Assembly: GCA_050273025.1 (NCBI GenBank) | Contig: CP158635.1 | Coordinates: 6,138,001 to 6,202,000 of the forward strand | Reading direction: 5' to 3' | DNA: 64,000 nt | From: Cenococcum geophilum | Lineage: Eukaryota | Shown here: positions 1-12,596 of the stretch, piece after piece | Layout of the letters: each line of letters opens with the position of its first letter | Position numbering within the stretch: position 1 is the stretch's first letter | Translations under genes and position numbers: made by a program | Notes under the pieces: model-generated | Database searches by the model: none | Told to the model about the DNA's origin: nothing | What the model saw: the letters and a program-made list of their open reading frames with translations, nothing else

Positions 1-3000
1 ACTTAGTTACTTTGTCTTAAGAAGGTTTATAAGAAGGTCTGTTTTAAAAAGTAAAAACTTATAAAATAAGGTTTATAGGAACTTAGCGATAAAAAAGTAG
101 ATTCTCTTTTAGCTAAGAAGGAAATAGATCTAAGTAGTTTGGTAACTACTCTTCTTAGGTCCCCCTTAGGTAACTTATTTTTTAGTAATCCTTTTTTATT
201 AATATTATCTTACCTAATCTCTTCTAATACTCCTATACCTTTCTTATAGTATTCTTTAAATTCTATAGTAGTTCCTAGGTAGTCTTAGTATAGCCTATCC
301 ACTTAACCTTGTACTATATTTTATTGTTAATATCCTTATAACTAACGATCTTTAAAACTTACTATTTATCTTCTTCCTATCCTCTATATATGTCTACTTT
401 ATAAACCAGTAGCTTAATATTCCTGTATACTAGCTCTAGCATTACAATATACTATATAGGGTAGATCTTTATTTTAGCTGGTAGGTTTAACTTAAACGTA
501 ACCAGTAAAATTCTTTAGATAATTTTAAAAGGTCCTAGTCTAACATAGTCTAACTTCTTACTTAGTTATTAACTCTTAAAATTTTTGTATAGTAGCCACA
601 CTTTATCTCCCTCTTTAATATCTGGTCCCTTAGATCTCTTAGCATTATAGTACTTTTTTATCCTCTCTTATACTTTCTTTATTAATTCTATAAGGTCTAT
701 ATAAAGATTTATTAACGTCTTTATTCTTTCTTTAGCTATACTACTTATTTTCTTTACTTATTATAGTAATAATGATATTCTTAGCTTATATCCATAATTT
801 GCCTTAAATAGTAATATACCTATTCCTTCTTATGGTGTTATATTATATATAAACTATATAACTAGTAATAGCGATACCCAATTATTCTATACATAATTGA
901 TATAATGCCTTAAATACTGTTTTAGTGTCTAATTTAATCTTTTTATTTAACCGTCTATCTACGGATAATATGCGGTGGAAGTTACTGCCTAAACTCCTTA
1001 CTCTGCTAAAAATACTTTTTAAAATGCTGCTATAAATCTTAGATCTCTATCCGATATAATTTTACTTAGTGCTCTATATCTTATAAACACCTCCTTAATA
1101 TAGATTCTAGCGATATCCTCCGCTAAGATTTCTTTTATGCATGCTATAAAGTATCCCCACTTTATAAGCTTATCTACTATTACTAAAATTACGTTATAAT
1201 CTTATTTGGTAATAGGATCTCTTAACTTTAATAACTTAATAATAAAGTCCTATAATATGACCTTCTATAGTCTTTCTAGTATTTTAATAGGTTATAGCCC
1301 TCTATATAGCTTATGCCTTATTAATTTATTCCTTTAGTAATTTAGACACTCTTTTATTACTTTTCTTATAATATTTTAAATTTTGTTAATAATGTATTCT
1401 TTCTAAAGTCTTAATACTAAGCCTATCGCTCTATTATGTCCTTATATTATTCCCTTATAGAAATCTTCTATAAAATGCTCTACTATGCTTTTTAGGATAT
1501 ACTTTACTTCTTAATTTTCGTATATATCCATTTATAGATCTTCTAGCTATACCTTTAGAATTCTTTATACCTAAAAGCTCTTTAGTGTCTTATAGACTTT
1601 TTCTAGTTCGTTATCCTCTTAAGTTGCTATTAGCTTGGGGTGATTATATCTAATCTATCCGTCCTTATCTCTGCGTAGCATTACTCCTAATAGCTTTTTA
1701 TTATTCTATAGTTTAGCCTTTCTACTAAGTGCATCTACTCTTATGTTTTTAGTTCCCTTAGTATACTAAATCTTAAAATAGTATTTTATAAGCATCTCCA
1801 CCTATCTAACTTGTCTTTAATTAAGTTCTTTTATTATTAGGAACCCTATTAGGTTCTTATAATCTATCTTAACTATAAATAGTTTCTCTACGCCTTATAA
1901 GAATGCTCTCTATTTCTTAAGTGCTGTAATTATACCTAATAACTCCTTATTATAGACGTCATAGTTTAACTCTAGTGGTGTTATCTTCTGGCTATAGTAT
2001 AATACTAGGTGTTATGCGTCCTTATACTTTTATAGCAAATATACTCCTAGTATATAGTCTAATATATCTGTTTCTACAACTATATTTAGTCCTAGTTAAT
2101 AAATCTTAAGGATTAGCTCTTAGGTAAATAACTCCTTAAGTTCTTTAAATAACTTCTTCTATTCGTCTCCCTATACCTATAGTTTTTCTTTCTTTATAAG
2201 CCTAGTAAATGGTTTAATATTCTTTAACTATTATACTATAAACCTTCTGTAGTAGTTGCAAAACCTTAAAAATAACCTTAACTGCGTTATATTCTCTAGT
2301 TCTTACCAACTTACTATAGCTTTAATCTTCTTTAGGTCTATACTAATATAACCTAGTTTAATAATAAATTTAACGAAATTGTTCTTCCTTATAAAGAACT
2401 CGTATTTCTTAATTACTACTAGCATCTATTCTTCTTATAGTCTCTTTAAAACCTATTTAATATATTCCCCGTGTTCTTCCTTAGTTATTAAGTAGATAAT
2501 AATATTATTAAGGTATGCCATAATAAACTCATTAAGGTATTCTCCTAATACGCTATTAATTCGTTTTTAAAATATTACCAGTGTATTCGTTAATCCGAAT
2601 TATATAACTAATAGTTTATATAGTCCTTTCCTTAACCTAAAGGCTACCTTCTATTCATCTCCTTCCTTAATTTTAATTTAATGGTACACCTATCTTAGAT
2701 CTATCTTTATAAAGATTTACGCATTACCTATCTAATCCTAGATTTTGCTAATTAAGGGTAAAGGGTACCTATCCTTTTAAGTAATGCTATTTAACTGCCT
2801 GTAGTTAATACATAACCTAAGTTTTCCATTCTTCTTTAGTACGAATAGTACTAAATAACCCGCTAATAATTGCGATGGTCTAATATATCCCTTTTATAGG
2901 GGTTTTTTTAGATAAACTCTTTAAGTGCTCTTAGCTCTTCTTTAGTAAGCTTATAGGTTAGAAAGAACCTTAGACTTATTCCTAGTTCTAACTCTATCTT

Positions 3001-6000
3001 ATAGTCCTATACTATATAATCTGCTAGCTTTTCACCTTCTAGGCTCTATAGCCTTTTACTATACTTATAGTATCTCTTTAGTATATAACTTAAGCCTCGC
3101 TTAGTCTCTTTATATATTGCTCTAACTTAGTACTATACCAACTTGGTTTACTATCGCACTTTATAGCATTAAATATTTCTAATATTAACCTAACCTGTAA
3201 TCTAATTAATCTTTAGATTATATTTCTATAACTAAGGCATTCCTAATACTACCTTATCCCGTTCTAATAGTAGGATATTAAAAGATATCTTAATTTATCT
3301 TCCTTTAATAATTATCTAAATAGGTCCTATTTTAAGGTTAATAATCCCTCCTCTGTAGGCTATTAGATCTCCTAAAATTATAACTAATAGGTAAAGTTAT
3401 TCCTTCTATCTGTGAGGTAATCCTATTCTCTTAACTACTACTAGTAAGATATGGTTCCGCGTTACTCTACTATTTATTAGCACTTTAAACTGCTAATCTT
3501 ACTATTTAACTTATAAATTTAGGTGTTGTTCTTAAATTCCTTTAAGGGTCTAAGGCTCTACTATTAGGTCCCTCTGGTCCTATAGGCCTCTACTTTTCCT
3601 AACTATTAGCTATTTAATCCTATTATACTTAGCTTATTCTTTAGCTAATACCTAGTTCGCTTTTTATCCTCTATATACTATAGATACGTATTCTCTAAGT
3701 ATTTCTACTACTATTATCTATCTAAGCATTCTTCCGTAAGGAATCTTTTTAGTTAAAGTATTAAGTCCCCTAGCTCTTAAACTTCTGCTAAATACCATCT
3801 ATATATATATTTAGTATTCCTATACTATCGCTCCTCTAGCGCCCAATATATCCTTATAGGGTATTTCCAATTCTTTTCCTTTGGATTTTTATATATCTTA
3901 TATATATCATCTATATATATAATTTATAATAGCGTATAGTGCGCTAGGTGCTTTAGGTTAACTCTTAACTTATCTTTATTTTTAAGTTTAAACCTCTATT
4001 ATGCTAATCTAAATATTATAACTTTGTTTGCAGGTACTAAAATACGCCTTTTACTTCTCTAGTCCTCTAATTATTCCTCTAGATCTTTTAACGTTATAAT
4101 TAAGGCTCCTTTAATATAAGTTATAGCCTTCTCTATAATAGGGTAGTCTTAGATAACTTATTCATCCAACTACATATAAAAATCTTCCTACTTATTATTA
4201 TGTCGCTGCCTATACTACTTTTAGTATAGCTATTAGAGTGTATACGGCTTGTCTGTAAGAAAGTATCTTCTTATTACTACGTTGTAATAGCCTTTAGTAT
4301 GTCGTCCTTTAAACCTAGTAGGGATCCCTAGATCCTCTTCGTTTTCTAGTTTAATAAGCCACTTAGCTCTTAGTATACCTACCCTAAACCTATTAGTGAT
4401 TTTTCGTACTAGTGCTCTGTCCCTTATACGACCTAATATACTAGATCTCTTATTTAGTTTCTGTTCTTACTATACGATAATCCTTTATCTAAATTCTTCT
4501 ATAGTTTCCTTTAGTTTGCGTCTTATAAATAGATCCTTAAAGTCTTCTTACTTCTTAATTTTAGTATTAACATTTTGATCCTATTGCTAAGTCTTACTCG
4601 CAATTTCTTTAATAGTCCTTATTCTATTACTAAAATCTTAGTCCTATAGGATTTTTAATCCTAAGCTTACTTCTATCTTAAGCTTAGCTCTAGCCTTAGT
4701 CTAACTAGGCTTTACTAGTGTTCTTATCTTATCTTAAGAGTCTTAAATCTTACTTATCTTGTCTTAAGAATCTTATACCTTAAGGAAACTTCGTCCTAAG
4801 CTTATTTGTATATTACTAAACTAAGCCGTTGCTCTGCTCTATTGGTTATTATCTATTATAGGTCTTTAAGCTTACCTTATCTTATTTTAAGAATCTTGGT
4901 TATCTCTTATCTTATCTTAAGAATCTTAAGCCTTTGGCCTTTTGCCTTTATTAAGTGCCGAAGTGGTTTACTGCCCTACTTCTCTTATATCTTATAAAGC
5001 GATAGATATTATATCTAGTAGGGCCTTAATCCCTACTAATATTCCCTGTTCTATAGTGGAATTATCCTCTACCTCTTATATAATATCTCTAAGGTCTATA
5101 TACTCCTAGTAAGCTGCCTTTATTACCTTATTGTCACAGAATATTTCGCCTATATTAAATTTATTATCTTTAATATCCGATCTGCGAACTAGTTCGTTGG
5201 TTCCTCTATATTCTGCTAAGTATAGCTCCTATAGCTAATAGCTTACGCCATACTTAGCGTCCTTATAAATTTGGCATACGTTATTATAATAAAACGCAAA
5301 ACTTTTAATTAAACACTCTTTTGTTCCTCGCAGTATATTATTATCCCTTTATACGTATATATCGTCTATTAGTCTTATTCCTTTTACTATATAGTAGCTC
5401 TAACCACTTCTATAGTCTTTAATATAATAACCCTATTTTCTACAATTTATATAAGCTCCCTCTTTAAACTATTTTTCTTACTATAGAGTCCGCCTAAACG
5501 TCTTCTACTGCTAAGATCTCTAGTTTAGCCTCTACTTCTTAGGTCTCTAATTACTTAATCCTTACCCTCTAGGTTTCCATAATTTCTTATTTTATCTTTT
5601 AAATTCTTTAGTACCACTTAGGTCTATTAGCTTTACGCTATACTATAATTTCTAACTTAGCTTTAGTTGTTATATACTTTACGCCTTATATAACTATAGA
5701 ACTCTATCCTAACCTTTCTTAGCCTATTCCCTTTAGTAGATCTAATTGTTAATCTTAATTACTTAATCTATTAGTTCCCGTAGGGTTTCTGTATCTTCTA
5801 TTAAAATAATTACGTCCTAGACTTTAGCCTTAAGTCCTTATTTATACTGTACCATAAGCGCCTTATTATTCTACTTAACTTACGTTACTAATGTCTGGAA
5901 CTATATTATATACTTAATCGCTAAGGTTTGTTACATAATATCTTAAAGTTTTCTTTCCGCTATAGTTACTACCTCTAGGTCTCTAAATATCTACATAAGT

Positions 6001-6913
6001 TACTCTATAAACCCTTCCTAGCTTATAAACATAAACTATACTTCTTAATTAGTGGTCGTCATTCTATTCGCTTATATTTCCGTAAGGTAAGGCTTAAACT
6101 ACTTAAGTGCCCTTTTTAATAGGAATAGTCCTGTATATACTATTCGATCTATAGGTATTAGCAGCTTTGCTTCTTTTTGCGTAACCTTAAAGTATATTTA
6201 TATAAGGAATTTTTTAAGTTTTAATCTTTCTTCCGAGTACCTTTTAATTAATAGTAATTTAATCTTTGCTACTCCTATCCCATTAATCCTATTTTCTAAT
6301 ATCGTATTATTTTCTATTAGCTAGTTAACTATCTCTTATAGTTGTCCGACCGTTATAGGTTGCTATAAGTTAGTATCTGCCATATTAGTATTACCTAACC
6401 TTAAAGTAGTTGCCGCCGTTAATGGCGTTATAGTGGCTGCTTTTAGTAGCATATTGTTTAACTTTATTAATGCCGTAACTTTGGTAGTAAATATATAATA
6501 AAGCCTTATAGTAGGAACTACAGTGGACTTATTAATAGGCTAGGTATATAGGTAAATAAGAAGTTGACAACGTAATAATAACTAGTAGAGTAGTTGCCTA
6601 ATAGATTAACTCTAATTGTATTCTAAGATTCACTATAAAGAAGAGAACTATCTAGGTAGGGACTGTAGTCCTTTAAATACACAACCGTACTCTTAAGAAA
6701 TCCCCTTTATACGTAAGGTACGTGTTATACGTATTATATATACGTTCCCTTTATACACTGCGTATACTGCGTACAACGTCATATAACCTTAGTTACCATT
6801 CCTCGTCACATAGCTCTATCGGCTCTATCCTAGACCGTGCCTAAATTAACCAACTAGCTTCTTCCGACTCTTCTCTAAGTAGTCGTAGCATTGTACTTAA
6901 AGCGTCTATAACA
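1..6913 (-). mobile_element. Ty3/Gypsy (chromovirus) LTR retrotransposon, copy 1, RIP-degraded, 3' end runs off the window
   Basis: Reverse-complement homolog of 17997-25922 across gag, PR, RT, RH, IN and chromodomain. 5' LTR is ~6494-6913 and starts TGTTATAGACGCT on the minus strand. Inserted into the LINE at 6914+. Confidence 0.93.
6494..6913 (-). repeat. 5' LTR of Gypsy copy 1
   Basis: Similar to LTRs 17997-18421 and 25498-25922 (GTACGGTTGTGT, CCTACCTAGATAGTTC, GGCAAC.ACTC blocks). Confidence 0.85.
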
Positions 6914-9600
6914 AAGGAGCGACTTAGGGGGGCCTTTCTTAGATTCTCTAATGGCCTAAATACTAGACCTATACGTTATAGTTAGCTAAACAACTGCTAT
7001 ATATAATAGGCGCGACCTCTAAAAGTATAGACCCTATATAGAATTAACGATCCTAGATAATATAATATACTATACTTAGCCCTTATAGGCCGCTTGCGTT
7101 ATATATACGCTCTACTAGAGCTTACTATCTACCTATACTCCTAATACCCTTAGGCCCTAAACTAGTTAACCCCTAAAGCCTTAGATGCGAATTATATACT
7201 AGAGATCTATAGATTAGTTGCGTTTTCTTATAAAATAGATTAGCTAGTATTTCTCTAGTAAGAATTAGACTCTATATTATCTTGCCTATTCTATATAGGT
7301 GTTATAAGCTTTCTCTAGTATTCTACAATTCTCTACGGCTGTTAGCCTATATATAATTAGGTTTATATTATTAATAAAGCCTATCCCCTAGGTCGCCCCT
7401 TCCTTAAAGAAGTTAAGCAGGTTGCCTATAAAGAAAAGGAAGAGTATAGGCAAAAGGGGTAATCCTTATAGTATTCCTATTATAACTGCAATAGGGAGGC
7501 TCTGGTATCCGCTAAAGACCAGTAATGTTTCTTTCTAACCTATAAACCCTTAAACAAATTATATAATCCACTTTAGGAAGCCTTTTGCCCTAAGAATATA
7601 TAGGAGACGCTTATAGGGTACGTTATTATAGGCGCCACTAATATCTAGGCTAAGCATTAATACTATAAAGTCCCTTCGCATCGCCTATATAGATTTAATA
7701 GTGGTAGCGAGTAGCGTAAGAGCTAATAGTATTAAGCGGTTCTTTCTTGCCCCTATTTAGCTTTATAGTAGTAGGGCGTATTCCTTAGCCGTGTTTACTA
7801 TATAGTCCGCTATTACCCTTTCTAAGATCTTACTAAGGGTATTTTCTAAGGCAATAGGGCGGTAGCTTCCTGGGATTAAGTAATCTACTTTACCTTTTTT
7901 TTAATAGGATAACCGTTGTTATAGATCTTCTAAGTCGCGGGTAGTAGCCTATAGCAAAGTATACTCTAGCTACATCTATAAGCTAGGGTGCTATAAGTAG
8001 TCTATAGGTCTTTAAGGCCTTATTTAGAATCCTATTTAGTCCTAGTACTATATTATTTAAAAGGCGGCTAATAGTTCTAGCTATTTCCTCTGTTATTATA
8101 TCACTATTAACCTATAGGCGAGTTACTGGTATTTTACCTATAATATTACTAAGGTCTGCTGGAGCTAGTTAAGGGAAAACCCTTTTTATAAGGATCTTTG
8201 CCTTCTTATCGTTGTTATTAGTGGCCTATAATTCCCCTACTCTTTATAGGGGCGGTAGATATAAGTCTTCTACTAGGCGCCCTACCTTTTTCTTTACCTA
8301 TTTTACTATAGCCTAAAGGCCCTTATTATAGGGGAGGCTTAGGTTAAAAGTATACTTGTTTATAAACTGTCTCCAGTTATTTCTTACCTCTTTTTTTTAG
8401 GGTATTCTTTAACTGGTTTCTTATGTCTTTATATTGTCTCTCGTCTTTAGGGTTATAGCTACTTATATATTTTCTTTTTGCTTATTATTAGCTAGTAATA
8501 AAAACCGTGTATTATGCGGACTATACGTATTGCGTATAGGGGCCCGGTTTTAAGACCGGGCAGTACTCTTTTAGCCTATTTTTAATTACTACCTAGATCC
8601 TTTCTAGTCTTTAGTTAATTTCCTTAGGGGTAGCTAATAAGCCTCGCTTATTTAGTATCGGGTGAATTTCTTCTAGGTTATAAAGTTGTTGTTTAACTAT
8701 ATTAAGGAAGCTATTTATTTTAAGCTTTCTTATTACATATCTTTTACTATTTAGTTACGCCTTAATATCTAGATCTAGCTATATCTAAATAGGGATATGG
8801 TCTAAAGCGAGTACCTATTCTTCTTTAGGGTTATATTTTTTAAGTCTCTAGTATAGGCCTTCGTCTATAAATATAAGGTCAATTATACTTCTAGCAATAC
8901 CTTGTTGCCATATAATTGCTCCTAGGGGGGCAGCTAGCTTAAGGCCCCAGATATCTATAGCTCTTAGTAGGTACTCTACCTATCGTTTAGCAGCAATATA
9001 GATACCCCCTTACCGCGGGTGGTAGAGGTTTATATCTCCTAATAGGATAAACTCTATACCTTTGGTTTCTAATAAGCTTATTACTAATATAATATTCTCT
9101 ATTAATAGGACCCTTTTAACCCTAGGGTTATATACATTAATAATTTATACCGGTCCCCTATATGTCTAGATTGTTATAACTATAATATCTAGGTTAACTG
9201 CCTGCTATAACTATAAGGATAGGCTAATAGCCTTACTAATTATAAAGCATATGTGTATAGCTGCTTTTGGTTTATATAGGAGCTGGAATCCTTAGGGGCA
9301 GTATGTTAATTATATATAGGCATTATAATACGGCTCTTATATAGTAAGGATATAGTGTTTCTCTAGGTCTAGACTGTCTAGTAAGGGCCTTGCAAGACGG
9401 TAGTTTATATTGCCGCAGTTGTACTGTATAATGGATAGGTGGCGGACCCCCGGCGAGGGTCCTTCGCCTCTTCTTCGTTTCTCACTTCTTCTGTTTCTAC
9501 TTTCTCTAGGATATTCAGAACTTCTATCTCTTATGTCTGCACCCTAGTTACTACTCATTTTGTGTAGAGCTTTCCATTCCCGTATTTTGTCTATTTTAAT
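6914..9600 (-). mobile_element. Tad1-like LINE, copy 1 (end of ORF1, APE endonuclease, RT), RIP-degraded fragment
   Basis: Minus strand reads IIQYNC (endonuclease start, ~9432), SYRPIALENTL (~7865), and relics of GIPQGSP (~7470) and GF(I/V)DD. Homologous to 14628-17730. Confidence 0.9.
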
Positions 9601-12004
9601 AGTATATAGAGTTTAAAGGCGTAAACTCCTAGATTAAGATATATATAGATTATAAAGCCCTAGAGTACTTTATAACTATAAAGTGGCTTACTAAATAATA
9701 AGCTTATTAGGCTAAAATACTCTCCTAATTCTTCTTTATAATTATATATCATTCTAGTAAGTAAAACTTTAAGACTAATATATTAACCTAAAGGGAATAA
9801 AATATAGAACCCTAGGATAAACTAAAGGCCTAATACTAGACGCGCGCCCTCCTCTACCCTAAATAGCTTAACCCGCGGATTTTTAAGGAGCTAGACTCTA
9901 AGTAAAATAATTTAACACCTATAGAAGAAGTCTTAGATAAACTAATAGGACTAGTTAATTGCATTTTAATTACAAACTATATAGCTAACTCCCTAAAGGC
10001 CCTCCGCGACTAAGCTATAAAAGGTAACCCTAATTTAGAAATAGAAGAAGGACTACCTCTATACTAAGAATAACTTATAATTTTAGATATTAACAACCTA
10101 TAAATAGAGCTAATCCGTAAAGCCTACTAATAAGTCTTAATAGTATACCCTAGCTAAAATAAGACCTACTAACTACTAACGCCCCGTTACTACTGGCGAG
10201 GACTTCTATTAGATATAGATTAATTTATAAGAAACTACTACGCCTATAGGCGCGCAGATACCCCTAGGGATTATACCCCTAGGTGGCTATAACCACTACT
10301 AGTTCTAGAACGCCCTTAGCAATATATTATAATAGACTTTAAGTTATTTCTAAAGGACGCCTACGGCTATAATACGGCCTTTATAGTAATCGACCGACTA
10401 TATAAGTAATCCGTCTCCCTTTTTTATTTTAAGACTATACCATAAAGGATATAGCCCGCCTCTACGTTAATAATATCTATTAATTCTACGGCGCCCCTAA
10501 ATTAATTATCTCTAACTATAGTCTCTAGTTTATATTAGATTTCTAGAATACACTTTACTATATCCTTAGAATTAAGATTAAGCTCTCTATTATATTTTAC
10601 CCTTAAACTAACTGCTAAACTAAGATTATAAACTAGTACCTTAACTAGCAACTACGTCCCTTTATAGACTACTATTAGGATAACTAGTTAGAACTACTGC
10701 CTATAATAGACTACGCGTAACTTATACTCCCCTATAATAGTATAGAGATATTACTATTTAAACTACTCCACAGGTATACACTACAAACGTCCTTTAATTA
10801 GGATAGGCCTACTAAACCCACTATAGCCTATAAATACCTTAGTTAGAAAGAGACCTAGGTATTTACTAAGAGAATATATAGAGCCTAGAAGACTACTTAA
10901 ATAATTATAAAAAAGGCGTAAGAAAAAAAGGAGTTTAATATAAACTAATATTATTATAAAGTAGGCTTCTAAGTAGGAGATAAGGTATAGGTGTTAATAA
11001 AGAACTAAAAAACCTAGAGGCTAAGCTGTAAGCTAGACTACTAAATAGCTAGCCTATATAAGATTCTTTAAAGAGTAGGACACTTTTTTAAGGTTAAGCT
11101 ACTAGAGTTAATAAGAATCTACCCTATTTTCTCCCTAGACCGAATTTGGAAGGCTATAGATAATTTACTACCTAGGTAGTATAATAACCCCCTACTACTA
11201 ATCTAGATTGTAAAGGACGAGGAATAGAAAGTTAAAGAAATCCTAGTAGTTAAAAAGGACCGTAATATCTTAAAGTACTATATAAGCTAAGTAGGCCATA
11301 ATAAAGACCAAGAATAGTATCCCGTATCTAACTTTAAGTACTCCCCCTATAAGTTATAGGACTTCTACCTAGCCCACCTTAACCTCCCTAGACCCCTACG
11401 TAAATTAGATAACTGGATTAGGTGCTAGGAAGAGGGGTTAAATAACTATAACAATTTAGACAATAATAGGGAGCTTGGATAACGCCTAAGCCAAGCATAT
11501 GCTTAAGTATTAGGACGGTCGGGTTAGCTACGCCTCTTATTTCACTACTATGTGTTTAATTAGATTATAAGAGAGTAAGCCCTTAACGCTACCCACTTCC
11601 TTTACGGTCGATTAAATAAAAATAGTCTATCTTTAAATAAGCTTAATACTCTGATAAATAGTAGTGGAGGCAACTAGGTTCTAAATAAGATTATACGGCA
11701 TATATGGAAGCTTAAGGGTACTAGGCTATAATGGTGCTGGGGCGCGTTACCTACCAAGTTCTGCCAAGTTCTGCTATGATTCTGCTATATTCTAGCGAGC
11801 CTGACTTCTACTAACTAATTAGGATTTTCTATCCCCGGGATAGAAAATCGCTATTGGCCCGCTTATTACTAGCGCCTTAGCGACCCCTTTATATTTGCGT
11901 CGACCCCTAGGGGCCCTTATCTTCTTCTTCCCTTTAGCTTAGTATCTTTGTATAGTAGTAATCTACAAGCTTTATCTTAGAGGCATTTATACGAGCCCAT
12001 TATA
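9601..12004 (+). mobile_element. Gypsy fragment of a second family (RNase H end, integrase, chromodomain, 3' LTR)
   Basis: Relics of TDHKALEYFM (~9645), HPQTDGQTE (~10600), GPY/F (~11050) and chromodomain EWEVEEIL...WVG (~11220-11330). LTR 11727-12004 has RIP-altered inverted ends TATAATGG...CCATTATA. Confidence 0.85.
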
Positions 12005-12159
12005 TAGGCCCTACTAAAAGTAAAAGAGAAATAAGCTTATGGCTTATGCTAAAAATATTAAAAGCAGGTCTCTATTCTTTACACTTAGCGCTAATAATCT
12101 ATATTAATATAATCTATAATCTTATATACCTCTATTTAATAAATATAAGGCTGCTAATA

Positions 12160-12596
12160 ACGTATTAGCCACCCCAACGAGCTAGCCACCCAAGCGAGCC
12201 ACCCAAAATTACACCAAAATCAGCTGTCTTTATATATTAATAACTCCACTACCACTTAATAAATAATTATAAAATTTTAAAAATAAATACTTATATATCT
12301 ATACTACTAATATAATAAACCTTTTAAATATAATTATTATTATTTCTCTTAAAGTTATACTTTTGCTATTAAAAAATTGAAAAATAAAAAAATTAATAGA
12401 TATTTTAAACTAAAAGTTAAATAATTAAGTTTTAAATATTAAAAACCTATAACCCATTAACTTAAATACTCAAATACTTAATTTTATAATTATTTATTAA
12501 GTGGTGGTGGAGTTATTAATATATAAAGACAGCTGATTTTGGTGTAATTTTGGGTGGCTCGCTTAGGTGGCTGGCTCGTTGGGGTGGCTAATACGT
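12160..12596. mobile_element. MITE, pogo/Fot1-type, ~120-bp TIRs, TA TSD
   Basis: TA|ACGTATTAGCCACCCCAACGAG... and ...CTCGTTGGGGTGGCTAATACGT|TA flank an AT-rich core. Confidence 0.93.

Noticed and set aside
9424..9560. TATAATGG... as a possible 5' LTR of the 9601-12004 Gypsy
   Set aside because: On the minus strand it is the LINE endonuclease start (IIQYNC), and it does not align with the 11727-12004 LTR.
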